This document shows, one piece after another, positions 1 through 12,021 of a stretch of DNA of 64,000 bases. The stretch spans positions 124,001 through 188,000 of the forward strand of contig QPMI01000626.1 in NCBI GenBank assembly GCA_004431415.1, in the 5' to 3' direction. The stretch is from Cyanophora paradoxa CCMP329 (Eukaryota > Plantae > Glaucophyta). The position numbers were made by a program, and so were the translations under genes. The notes below the pieces were generated by a model that had not been told where the DNA came from, did no database searches, and worked only from the letters and a program-made list of their open reading frames with translations. Each line of letters opens with the position of its first letter. Positions within the stretch are counted from its first letter, which is position 1.

Positions 1-66
1 CCACGACCTGAGAGGCTTCATATAAGCTTCACGAACTGGACGGGATGATTCGAATTTTGACGGAAA

Positions 67-136
67 GGCTTAAGCTTCACGAAGGAAGAGGCTTAAGCTT
101 CACGACGGAAAGAGGCTTAAGCTTCACGACGGAAAG
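67..136. repeat. Short tandem repeat, about 3 copies of a 23-24 bp unit (GGCTTAAGCTTCACGACGGAAAGA)
   Basis: GGCTTAAGCTTCACGA recurs at ~67, ~90 and ~114, with a partial copy at ~23. Confidence 0.8.
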
Positions 137-228
137 CGGGGGTGAGCCGCGCACCTGGGAGTAGCCGTCATGGCGGCCCGAGGAGACCCGGTACGGGCCC
201 GCCCCGTCCTCGAACACGAGGCCGCACC

Positions 229-1668
229 ACCTGCGCCGCGCGGCGCCGGCTCTCGAATCGATTCCGAAGCGGCGCGCGCGCGGAACGCGGGCGCATGCGC
301 ACCGCGGCGGGCTGACGAGCGCGTTGCGGCCCCAGAGGCCGGCCACGAAGCACTCCCCGCGTGTGTCGTAGAAGCCGGCTGCGCGTGCAGAGCGATCTCA
401 TGATCGACGAACGGGCGAGGCGCCGGAGGAGAACCGCTTAAGCTAGAGCCGTAGATATCGCGATCGCGTGCAGCAGCGCGAACCGTGGCCCTCAGGACCG
501 AGCCGCTGTCCAATGTACCTGCGAATCAAATTCAATTCTAGACGCTCTAGATATCAACGCACGAGCTCCCTCTTGATCGCGAACCGCGAACCGCGCACCC
601 ATTGCCAAGGAAGCAGTCGCGGTAGTTCGGGTTCGCCGGATCCGTCGAGACGAGAAGGAAAGGGTCCTCGCCGCGGCCGCAGCGCCCGGGTCGGACAGCC
701 ACGCCGCGTCGATGCGGCCGCTCTCCGGGAAGCTGCGCACGCGAAGCTTGCCATGATGAGAAGAGTCACTGGAGCGAGTGGCGCGCTGCGGTCTGGGCTG
801 GCCATGGAGATCTAGAGTTGGAGCGCTATTCTTCGCAGTCCTAGCGGCGCGTACGAGCGCTAAAACCTCACCTGGGAAACGAGCCAGAGACGCCAGGCGC
901 CTGCTTACCGCCCGTCATGCTTCGCCTCGATGTCGAGCGGGCGGCGTACCTGCGCCGCGCGGCGCCGGCTCTCGAATCGATTCCGAAGCGGCGCGCGCGC
1001 GGAACGCGGGCGCATGCGCACCGCGGCGGGCTGACGAGCGCGTTGCGGCCCCAGAGGCCGGCCACGAAGCACTCCCCGCGTGTGTCGTAGAAGCCGGCTG
1101 CGCGTGCAGAGCGATCTCATGATCGACGAACGGGCGAGGCGCCGGAGGAGAACCGCTTAAGCTAGAGCCGTAGATATCGCGATCGCGTGCAGCAGCGCGA
1201 ACCGTGGCCCTCAGGACCGAGCCGCTGTCCAATGTACCTGCGAATCAAATTCAATTCTAGACGCTCTAGATATCAACGCACGAGCTCCCTCTTGATCGCG
1301 AACCGCGAACCGCGCACCCATTGCCAAGGAAGCAGTCGCGGTAGTTCGGGTTCGCCGGATCCGTCGAGACGAGAAGGAAAGGGTCCTCGCCCGCGGCCGC
1401 AGCGCCCGGGTCGGACAGCCACGCCGCGTCGATGCGGCCGCTCTCCGGGAAGCTGCGCACGCGAAGCTTGCCATGATGAGAAGAGTCACTGGAGCGAGTG
1501 GCGCGCTGCGGTCTGGGCTGGCCATGGAGATCTAGAGTTGGAGCGCTATTCTTCGCAGTCCTAGCGGCGCGTACGAGCGCTAAAACCTCACCTGGGAAAC
1601 GAGCCAGAGACGCCAGGCGCCTGCTTACCGCCCGTCATGCTTCGCCTCGATGTCGAGCGGGCGGCGTA
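229..1668. repeat. Near-perfect head-to-tail tandem duplication, 2 x ~719 bp (229-948, 948-1668)
   Basis: Both copies start ACCTGCGCCGCGCGGCGCCGGCTCTCG (229, 948) and end ...GAGCGGGCGGCGTA (948, 1668). The only difference seen is one extra C near 1390. The ORF track shows duplicated translations. Confidence 0.95.
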
Positions 1669-1913
1669 AAGCTTCTATCGCCGCTGTCGATCCTGCCCTC
1701 CGGCGGTGTCAGAGTCTCGTTGAAGGTGCGGGGAAGCGATCCACGCCTCGCTGCGGAGCGCGCCGAGTCTGGGGGCTGAGGTCGGAATGCCGGTACCCCC
1801 CGCGGCGAGGCGGACCCAGGCGGCCCTCATGCGGGCGGCGGGCTTCTTTCATCCGGCTTCCCTCTGAGCCGTCCGGAGGTCTCCAAGTCGCATTCCGTAG
1901 TTGGAGACTCGCC

Positions 1914-4100
1914 ATGTCCGCCGGATCGCTCGGGAAATCGACCGAGCGGCAGCTGGAGCGCGCCGGCAATCCCTCCACGTCCAGCGATGGGGCCGCATCG
2001 CAGAGCGCATCTTGTGGCGCGAATGCATCGACGGAGTTGCGCGTTCCCGAATCGAGGCAACGCACGGCGGCCAAGGCCTGGGCAGCGCGGAAGGCAGCGA
2101 AGAAGGCGCTTTGCTTGAGGCGCGGCCTGATGGCGCAGCTCACGCTTGCCGCGCGCCGCCAAGGCGCTTTCTCGCCGAGCCCAGCGCCTCCTCCGGATCC
2201 GCCGAACGACGTCGACAGCTGCAGCATAGCAGATCGAATCCGGCATCGGCGGAAGCGCGCCCGGCCGCAGCCCGCCGTGGACAGCGCTGGCTGCAACGCC
2301 AGCTGCAGCACTGAAACGGAGACCGCGGCCGCGGACGCCATGGCCAGCGGCTCGGATTACAAGACTCGCGCCTCCAGAGCGTGGTCGCGCAGGCGCGAAG
2401 AGCGCCGCGCGGCGGGCTTGCCGCTCGGCGGCGGGCGAGATGAATATAGATCTAGAGCTTCGAAGCCGCGAAAGCCCGGGGACCTGGTTTTCACGAAGGG
2501 TGCGCCCTGTGCCCGCCGACGCCGTCATTTCTGAGCTGACTCAGTCCGCCGGGGGCGCCGGCAGATCCTTACACATGCGCCGAACTACGGGCGACGCGTC
2601 TGTTCGGATTCCCGTCGTTCGGCCCCGTCTGCTGGGGCGGCCAGACCGTCTATGTGCGCCTCCAGAACTCCCCTCCCCGGGCCCGCTGCGCGCCCCTCAA
2701 GCCTCCGCGTGACTTGCAATTGACGCCCCTCGCGCGCATGCGCAGATCCCCGGCGGGATCGTTCCGGAGGGAATGACCTGCCCGCCGGCCGCCATGGCCC
2801 AGCTCTACGGCTCGGCGCTTGGGCTCGGCGCGGGCCCGCGGCCGCAGCAGCCGCCCGCCGCCGACGTTAGCCTGCTCGCCCTGCGGGCCATCGAAGGGGC
2901 GTTCCTCGAGCGGCCGCACGGCCCGCCGCACGCGGCGGCGGCGGCTCCAGCGCCGCGTCACGCTCGCCTGCAGCGGCCCCTCCGACGGCAGGCGCAAGCG
3001 CGCCCAGGTGCAGCCGCCATGGTCTTAGTCTTGCCCGCCTCTCACGAGCGAGCGCCCGCCGGCCGCGGCGCGCGCGCAGGGCGCCCTTCGTCCGCTCGTG
3101 CAGCCGCTCCCGCCGGGCTGCCCCGAGGAGCACGAGGCCCGGCACGACTTTCTGCTGGACCGCGGCGCGCAGACCTGCCTGGCGCTGGGGGACGAGGTGG
3201 CGGCCGTGCACCTCCCCGGCCTCTTCAAAGAGGGGGACGGACTGGGCCGCCTCGCGGCCGCCGTCGCGTGCGGCGCGATGGCGTTTCCCTTCGCCGAACG
3301 GCCCCCAAGCGAAGTGAGTGCGATAGCCTCCCTCCAGACCTAGGCCTACCGGCCCCTGTCCAGCTCCTTCTTCATCTTCGGTTTGATTCTTTCTTTCTTG
3401 GCGCAGGACCGCGCGCTCTTCGAGGCCGCGAGGGACGCGTCGGAGGCGGCCCGGCGGACGGGCGCGCTGGACGCGATGCGAGCGCGGCTGGCGGAGCTCG
3501 GCAAGTCGCGCGGGAAGACCGGGACGGCCGGGACGACCGGAGGCGGCCCGCGCGGGGACTGGCGCCTCCCTTTGCTGAACGCGCGCCTGGCGGGCATGCT
3601 TGAGTACCTGCTGCCGGCCCTCTGCGCCGTCGACCTGGCGGCCGCCTGCGGCATGGCGAGGGCCGCACTGGCGCTGCTCGGGCGGCAGCAGTTCCACTAC
3701 GGTCCGCTCCGCTCTCAGAGTCTTCGGGCAGAGGACTGACAGCTCGGCCCCGTGCACGCAGGCTTCTGGGGCCTGCAGTGGATGGACGGACCGGACCGGT
3801 GCGCAGGCGCGAGCGGCGGCCGCGGCGGCGGCGGCGGCGGCTCCGCCCGGCCCTCCCCGCCCCATCTCCTCGCCTCCTTGGGCCCGCTATCGCCTAGTCT
3901 GATGGGCCCTGCATGACTCGCCAGGGTCGCCCCGGCGCGCGCGAAGCGGGGCGGGACCGGCGCCGGCGCCGGCGCCGGCCCCTCGCGATCGTACACGGCG
4001 CTCGTCTTCTTCCACCCCGGCGCCGACGCGCGGCGGCGCCTGCACCGCCTCCGCTTCCCCGCCCTCGGCGCCGCCCTCGACCTCCGCCACGGGGACGCCG
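1914..4100 (+). CDS. Hypothetical multi-exon protein-coding gene(s); boundaries approximate
   Basis: Protein-like segments (MSAGSLGK...DLVFTK; EEHEARHDFLLDRGAQTCLALGDEV; DRALFEAARDASEAARR...MLEYLLPALCAVDL) are separated by short GT...CAG segments. No family recognised. Confidence 0.4.
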
Positions 4101-4908
4101 TCCTCGTCCGAGTGCGCTCTTAATTCCTTCGATTCCTTAGTAGAAGCTCAGGACTTCGTACGCGTTCGCATAATTACATAGAATGCTTAAGAGAGTCCGC
4201 TGCGGCGGCTAGACCTGCATCAGGAGTTTAAGAGCCCTAGAGGAAGCCTAGCTCCTCCGGTCCAGGCCTAGGATTAAGGCTAAGGGGACGTCGGCGCGGC
4301 GCGGCGCGGGCTCCTCGAGCGGCCCGCTCACTGCGCCGCCGCAGGACGATCTGCTGGACTGCGAGGGGGCGGCGGATCCAGATGGGGGCACGGACGGAAG
4401 GTGCGTCTGTCGTTTTTTGTGCGTGTGTGTGCGCGCGCGCGGGGGCCCTAGCCTAGTAGCCGCTGCCGAGCCGACTGCTGGGGGCGCGCGCGATTGGGAG
4501 CCTGCTCGACCTGATTGGGGGCCGGGGACCGGGGCCGCCCGCGCGCGCAGGTACTGCGTCGCGCTGACGCTCGGGGGCAGCGCGGTGAAAATAGAGGCCG
4601 ACGAACCCAGCGATTCCGAGGGGTACGCGGGGTAGCGGCCGCGGGGCCCCAGAAAGTTATAATTAGGCCCGGCAAGCTTCCGGGTGCTAGCTGTATATAT
4701 AGTCCAGACAGAAAGCTTCATGTATACATATCTAGAGCTGTACGTACGTAGACGGCAGATTCTTTAAGGATCACCTTCCCCCCTTAAGCTTCCCGCGGGG
4801 CCGCCTTATATATAATTATAATTACCGCCTATAGCTAGACGCGCCGACAAATTCGAAGGCGATCGCGACTGGGCGAATTAAAGCGGGGCCGGGGGCGAGC
4901 GCGGGGGT

Positions 4909-5325
4909 GATGCCGAGCACGGGCTGCGCGCGGCTGCGAGGGCGGCGGCATGCGCACATGTACAGCTGGCGTCGAGGGCGTCGAGGGCGCGGCGGGCGGC
5001 GACTGCACATCGCGAGTCGACGTCGGGCGGGAAGTACTCGCGATCGTCGAACGCCGCGTACAGCTGCGCGAGCCGGCGCCGCGTTAAGGAGTGGGCGGGG
5101 CGGGGCCGGGGGCGGCGGCGCGCCTGGATGCACTCCTCGTACGCCCCGGCGGCCTTCGCGTGGCGCCCCGAGACGGCGAGGACGTCCCCCAGGGCGAAGC
5201 TCCTGCGCTCAGGTGAGCGCCGAAGGGGGTACGCCGCCTCAGGCAGGCGCACAGGTGGGCGCCCTGCGGCGTCTCCCGGTACAGGCCCAGCACCTGTACC
5301 CCCCACGCCCCGCCGCGTGAGCTCG
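4909..5325 (-). pseudogene. Inverted, diverged, intron-retaining copy of the 3' end of the TPR gene at ~54097-54481
   Basis: Shares VLG(L/M)YRETPQGAHLC, FALGDVLAVSGRHA..A.AYEECIQ, LYAAFD..YFPPD and AALAAARSPCSA plus the intervening introns with 54097-54481. No upstream exons are present. Confidence 0.8.
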
Positions 5326-5733
5326 AGGGGGCGAGGAGGAGGTGAGGAGGGGCAGGGGGGACCCGGGATCGGAGGGGGGGAAGGGGGGGGGGGGTGGCGG
5401 GGGGCCTCGATCGATCGCGAGCCGCTGGGGGTACTGGAGGTCGCCTTGCAATATTAATTGCCCGACGGATCCCGGTACTCAACGCTATATAGCTATGGAG
5501 ATCCAGCGCTAGCAGCCAGAGGTCCGACCGTCGGACGCCGATCGCGAGGCCTAGGCCGATATGCATATGCATATGTATCAGTATAGATCCTGCCCCGGAG
5601 GCGGGAGCTCGAGGGAGAGCTTTCAAAAGGCTTTAGGACGTACGATCGCGAGTGCGGCGCCGGCCGCCGGGGCGGCTAGCTATATATATAGCGCCGGCGC
5701 CGCGCGGCGCTCGAGCTCGGGACGGGCGCGCGA

Positions 5734-6123
5734 GGGAGGGTCAGGGTAGGGCGGACCGTCGACGTCCCGAACTCCAGGCACTGCGCATGCGCATATGCAT
5801 GCGCATGCTCCACAGCCGCGCGGATCCCCGGAGCTGCTCCGGATCCCTGCGCCCCGCCCGTCGGCGCGCGCGCGCGCGCGCGAGCGACGGTACCGTGCAC
5901 CGGTATACCTAGTACGTACCGCACTTGTTGAGCGCGGGGAACTGCGCGCGCGCGCGAGAAGGTCCCGGGTCAGCCGTTCGAATTCCGTGAGCTTACTAAG
6001 TTAAGCTTGTACCCCGTCTCTGGGCAAGATCATCGGATTGCATTAAGAAGTTTTTGACGGAATTGCAGATCTAGAAGCTTCGTCCGACGGTTGGCGGCGC
6101 TCTTGATCGGTAGTACAGCTGCA
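5734..6123. repeat. 390-bp direct repeat, copy 1 (copy 2 at 30912-31301); carries the first exons of the interrupted gene
   Basis: GGGAGGGTCAGGGTAGGG...GGTAGTACAGCTGCA matches at constant offset 25178. ORFs 5795-6004 and 30973-31182 are identical. This copy ends exactly at the LINE poly(A). Confidence 0.95.
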
Positions 6124-7233
6124 TTTTTTTTTTTTGAGTTTTCCGTAGTTTATTAGGGGACAGAGCCCCTGGTACACAAAAAACATCGTTTTCTGTCTAC
6201 CCTAGGCCTAGGTCTACCCTAGGCCAACTAATATACTTTAGCCTAGTCTACTCCCCACTATTGGGTCTCCGACTAGGCGCCCCAAGGGCTATACCCTATT
6301 GCGAGCCCCGCCCCCTCTACCCTTGAGGCGGCTCTCTCGGAGCCTCCCCCCGCGACGGGCCAGGGCCGGTCACGATGGGGTGGGGTAGAGAGGTGGCAGG
6401 GGGCTGGGGCCGGGAGATTGTTGGGCTGGCAGGCTCAGGGTTTAAAGCCAAGCGGCGAGATCCAAAGATGAGAAGAGAGAGGAGGAGATCTCCGCGGTGG
6501 TACCTCGCGTGTTCCCGTGCAGGACAGAGGAGCGGGCGTGGAAGGCGGTGGAGGTGGCGGTGTCGGTGGAGCGACAGGGAACAGATGGGACAGGTTGCTG
6601 GAGGGGCGAGATGGGGAGGGTGGAGCTGGAGAGCCCGTTTCGAGAAGAGGAAGGGTGGAGGAGGGGAGGTGCGGGGGAGGAGGCTGGGGTGAGGGCCGGG
6701 CCTCTTCGGTGGGGAGGGCGGGCGGCGGCCGGTCTTGTGGGGAGGCCGGTCTTGAGGTTCGGGAAGAGGCTCGGGCACAGCTGATGCGGCTGCGGACGAC
6801 GCTCCATCCCGCCGCTGGGCGTGACCATGAGCAGCAGCAGGGGTGACGGAAGCTGCTGCAGCTGTTCTAGATCTGCGGGGGCGAGGTCCGGGTCCGGAAT
6901 TATTGCCTCGGGCTGCACGGAATCCCGCCGACTCTTGAATTTCTCGAAGGAGGCGCGGGCGTCGCGTCCGCACTGTTGCCGTGCCGTCGGCTTGTGCCAC
7001 TGGTGTGTCAGGCGGGGGCACTTGCGTTGGCGGACTGTCCTTTGGACTCTGGGGCCTAGCTATAGAGGTGTCGCTGACGGCCGACGGGCGCGGGCGGGGT
7101 TGGAAGAAGGTGCGGATGTCTGCTCGCGAGTTCCGGGCCGCAGGCCTTGGGTAGGCTGCGCGCTCAGCGGGGGCCGGTATTGGGGTTCCGGTGCGGGCGT
7201 GACTATTTTGGGCCTGGATGGCCTGCAATGGCT

Positions 7234-8110
7234 TCATCTTGGGGGCGCGGTCTGTCTCGCTGGTTTTGGGGGCGACACTGGAGCGGTACATTTTCCTTTG
7301 CGTTTGTGCTGCGCCAGGGCTTCGGGGGAGGCAGCAGCGTAACCGCACCGGCAGCTGAGGGGGGCATCCCGTGGCAGTTCTCCCGGGGCCAGCGCAGCCA
7401 CCGGTATTGCCCGGGGCTGCTCGGGCTGGGAGGCGGTGCTCGTGGGCGCCTCCGTATCCAAGGCCTGCGAGCCTAGAATCCGAGAAAGAATGAGGCCGCG
7501 CCAGGTGGCGCAGTTAGACACAGTGCCCGTGAAGGAGGGTGTGTAGGCCGTGGGGTCATGTTCCAGAGCACGGACAAGTATTTCGGCGAAGGCACAGACG
7601 AAAATCCCGCAGTTGAAGCGATCGTTTTGGGCCGGGATGGGGAATCGGGTGGCTGAGGGGAGGGGCCAGGTGAGAGCGTCGTCGGCGCCGGTCGAGGAGC
7701 CTAGGGCTGCGCATTCGCGCTCCATGTTGAGCCATTTTAGGAGGGGCAGGAGTTGACGGCGGGCCTCTTCGGGGCCGGGAGATTGTATCCATCGTATAGT
7801 TCAGCACGGCGAGCACGGAGATGGAGGGCTGCAAGGATCCAGTGGCCCGGGGTGTGGATAGGGAAGAGTAATAGGTCATAGTCAAAGACATTAATTCCGC
7901 GCCCAGCGGTGCGACGGCGCAGGCGGGCGCTGCCGCCGGCGTTATTGTCTGGGAATAGCGGCGTAGAAAGTGTGCGGGAAAAGTAAGACGCGTCGGCGAG
8001 GGTTAATTTCTCCGCTCGCAAGAAGGTTTAGTCGGGCAAGGTAGTAGTTGATGACGTCGGCGTTCACCCAGGACGAGCCGTTCAGCGTGGCTAGGTCATG
8101 GAGCGATACG
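7234..8110 (-). CDS. Ulp1/SENP-like (peptidase C48) cysteine protease domain of the LINE, followed by a CxC...H...C motif; frameshifted
   Basis: Motifs in order: SLHDLATLNGSSWVNADVINYY (8041-8106), VLLFPHTFY, NVFDYDLLLFPIHTPGHWILAALHLRARRAELYDG, IPAQNDRFNCGIFVCAFAEIL. His, Asp, oxyanion Gln and Cys are all present. Then CRCGYAAASPEALAQHKRKGKC. Confidence 0.9.
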
Positions 8111-8313
8111 GAGGCACTGCCAAACAGTGCAGCGGGGCCGCTGCGGGCTGCCGGGAGCTCTCGGACTGCGCTGTTGGGTAGAGCGCGGGTAGGGGAGCGG
8201 CGTACTTGGGCCCAGGCGGCACGTAATGCAGGTGGGGACGGCGGAGCCGGCCACCCTGCATTACTGGCATTAATATTGGTGATGCTGTTAGCAGCTGCCG
8301 GCCTAGCTACAGT

Positions 8314-10968
8314 CTAGGTCTCGGGCTCGAGCTCGGGGCGGCGGTAGGGGCACCGGCGTTGCGGGTATCGCTGTTGTAGGGGGGCCGTGGCCGGCCACGG
8401 TGCTGGGGAGCAGCGCGGGTTCGAGAGCGGCGCGACTGGCTGACTAATTGTAGGTCTGATGAGAGGGTGAGCTGGCCGTTGGGTATCCGTCGACGCGGGG
8501 CCGGGCCACCACGGTCGAGGGGCTCGTGGGCTCATCCTAATCCTGGCTGGCATCGACCTCGCCGGTGAGGGCTCAGCAGGGCGCGAGGGTCGAGGTGCAT
8601 GAGTTTGGCGGCGAGTAATCCCGTGTCGGCGTTGCCAGGACTGGACTTCGCTATTGCGAGCCTTCCAGATTGCTTGGGTGTAGTCTATGATGGTGGCCAT
8701 AATTGCGTTGGCGCATTTAAGCGCCGCCGGTCTACGTACATCTAAGTAAATCAGGGCAGGGATGAGGCTACGAGGAAGGAGGAGCCTGACGGTGTGGCGG
8801 GGAGAATCGCAGGCAAGGTCGGCGAAGAGTTTGCTGCCGAGGCTTTGCCACTGATCGGGCAGGCCATAGAGTGGCTGCGTGAGGTGCGAAGGAAGGGGGC
8901 CCGGCCGTTGGCGCTGACGCTCTGACCATCCCAGTTTGCATCGTCAGCCAGTGCAAAGGCCGGGAACAGTTGGCGCAGCAACAGTCCGTCCTGGCGCAGG
9001 GCCGGGGGCAGCTTGTAGGCTGGGTCGCCAGCTGCAGCCGCATCGACTGCAGTTTTTAGGCGTTGAGACGATATGGTTTCGTACAATAGGTTGAATATCT
9101 TAGTTTGGGCTTCGATACGGAGGTGCGTGTTGCTGGGCAGAGACCAAAGGCGTGGTCGTGGGTTTCAGGCGTCCCGCTAACGATAGGGGGGGCCGCGGTG
9201 CCTGGCGTGCGTCTCGTGCGGCGGGTCGCCGTTGGGGCCGTTCCGGATCCCACCGTCTTCCTCGGGTCGGACGCAGGCGGCTGCCATGGCGGGGCTGGGG
9301 TGGGCCGGCCGTCTGGGCCTAGCACGGACGCGCAGCCTGCGCGAACACAGAGTCCATTTGGATTTATTGCACTATAGAGATGGGGAGCGTCCCGGGCACG
9401 TTCACCCATGAGGGGTGCGAGTCCGGAGCTGAATTTCGTGATTTGAGCAAGCCTCGCATTCAGGGGGTGCGATGCATCGCGGGAGAGCCCTTTCTTGCGG
9501 TATTCGCGGGCGAGGCGCGCACGGTCGACCGGACTGCCCAAATGGCATTTTTCGGTTGCAAGGAGACGGGAGAAGTTCCGAAATTCGCACGTATTTTTTA
9601 CGTGTGCTCGCGGGTCAGACTCAACTCTGTAAACTCTACGAGTGTCGTAGTTCTCGTTCCAGCAGCGCGGGGGCGAAAAGAGTAGGACCATGTCAAATCC
9701 GCCAGGGGGAAAGACCGGCTCCCGGCGGGCGTGCCACGCGCGTTTTGATGCAACTGTTGCGGCCGGGGACGGGTCTTCGGGGTCAGATTGCCAGGCTGCT
9801 TCCTCAGGGTCAGCCCAGGAAGAAAGTTCCCGGCCGTCGAGTGCCTGCCGGGAGAGGTCTGCGCTGGGGTGCAGAGCCAGTGCCGCAGCGGCGAGGCGGT
9901 CGGCTCGTGCGTTGTCCCGATCAAATGCACGGTTTGGAACCCGTTCTTCTTCCACCAGCAGGGGCAGGCTTGGTAGTCCTGGTGTATGCTGACCTAGCGC
10001 AGCCCGGGCTTCGCGCCGCCTCTGTCGTTCTGCTCGCCTGGAGGCACGAGACGCTTGCTGCATTTGGTGGACGGCTCGGCGGGCGTTCCGACGGTGGATG
10101 TGGGCAGTGCCCGCGCGAAGGTGCTCGGAGATATAGTTGTAGGCGCCGGTTAGCGGGTTCGCGCGCCCTTCGTATACTCCCGTGCCGGGGCCATATTGAG
10201 CTATCAGTTCCGCCTCCGTAGGTTCGGGAGCGACCGGGTCTCGGTCAGAGAGGTAGGATTCGTATGAGTCTGCGTCTGATTCCGAGTCGTGGTCGGCCAC
10301 TTCAGCGGGGGCGGCAGCCGGGCGCGGGCGGCGCCGAGTTATATATTCTTTCTGGTGGGCTTTGACTTTGACAAGACGTTCTTCGTATAGCATTCTGTCG
10401 GGTGCCACGGCCCTTGCTAGTGCAAGCCGGATGCACTGCACCTCAGCATACGCTTTAAGGTGATGGGAGTACGAGGCTCGAATGCAGCTGCGAAGGGTGG
10501 CGGTGGCGCGATGCGAGACGTACTTGGAATAGTCCGCCATTGCAGTGAAGCTGTCAGTTTTCACTGTGCAGCCTTCGGGAGAGAGCAGCAGGGCGGACAG
10601 GACGGCGAGGAGCTCGCCTTTGTTATTGTTCACTGTGCCAGGACACGGGGCCACGAAAAAGTCGCTGCCGTCGGTCGGGATGGCGTCTGCAAGGCCGCGA
10701 AGTTTCGCCACCTGGTCAGTATCGACGCCGGTTGTGCCAGCCGGTCAGCTAGTGCGTGAATTTGTTGACGGAGGGCTATCCCTCGCTGCGTGCGGGCAGC
10801 TTCGTCAGCTAGTGAGGCCGGGTTGCTCTCACGGGGCCAGACGCCAGCGTAGGCCGTGAGTGCAGCTTCTGAGGCGGCGTCCATGGTACTGGCATCCGTG
10901 GCTGCGAGTCGGCGCTCGCGGTCGAGCGGGAGGAGGTTCGGCCGAGCTCCGCGGCAATCAGGTTCCAA
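8314..10968 (-). CDS. LINE ORF2 RNase H domain, CCHC knuckle and C-terminal IWxxRN motif (frameshifted pieces)
   Basis: ATDAS (~10895), NNNKGELLAVLSAL, KTDS, VKVKAH, NARADRLA; then LCVRAGC...ETHDHAFGLCP; then IIDYTQAIWKARN. Confidence 0.85.
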
Positions 10969-12021
10969 AATGGGTCAGCATACTCTGACGATGGGATGCA
11001 GAAGTCGCTCAACTGTCGGCGTTGGGGTAGGCCCGAGGCGCTGTCGGCGGGGGACGGTCCCAGGGTCGCGAGCGGCGACTCCATCTGGCCGCTGGGGCGC
11101 CTCGTGATCATCTGGATCATAATTCCAGTCCTGTTCCCACGGGGGAGGAAATGAGTGTCGCGGAACTCGGGCCACCACGTTATTTTATCTTCAAGGAAAA
11201 TGCGAGCATGCTCGGCGACACGGCCTGACCGCGACTCGGGGACCAGGCTCTGAAGTCGGGCGGGGTAGATGTAGGCTGTGTCTTCGGTCCAGCGGCACCG
11301 TTGGGAGGCCGGGTCTGAGTGGTCACATGCGCGGCGGAGAGCCTCTGCTTCCGGCGTTTTCGCTGTGAAGCGGCTGTCGCATTCTTTGGGATCCATTATG
11401 CAGCGGAAGAAGGAGACGGGTTCGCCGGTGGTGTCATATATGTGGTCCTCTCGGTCGTCCTGGCCTTTGTCTCGGCGGACCCAGTGTTCGAGCTCAACTA
11501 GGACGCGTTCTCTGCCGTCGTCAGCGTCAGTTGTCCGCCGGATATTGCAGATGCGTCCTAGATACGCTTCCGTTGTCCAAACGAAGCCGCCGACTTTGTA
11601 CTGGGGCGAGAGCAGGCCGGCTTCAAGAAGGGTACGTTGGGCTGCAGCCGGATTTTGCGCAGGCTGCAGGTGCATGGGGAAGCGGAGACGACGGGGGATG
11701 GCGCGCGGGCCGACGGGCTGACATATTGCTCGGGTGAACGACGGGAACCAGGAGGGAGGTCTATTGAGTCGCTGTTTAATTTTCCCGCTGCCCCATAAGC
11801 TAATCCAGTCGAGCACACTGACGCCGTCGGGCCCCGTGACGTCAGCAGCTGTGAGGATATCGTGGCGCCAAAGGAATGGTGCAGCCTCACGCAGGAGGCG
11901 CGGGGGGAGCAGTGTTGTGAGCACAAGCGGCGTTCGAGCTGCGGGTGAGGCAGGGCCGGAACGAGATAGTCCTTGCCTGAGTCGAGTTTGTAGCCGGCGC
12001 GGGTCAGATTTCGCGCTACAG

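Noticed and set aside
23-136. Short repeats resembling a CRISPR array
   Set aside because: Units are adjacent with no unique spacers, there are no cas genes, and the context is eukaryotic.
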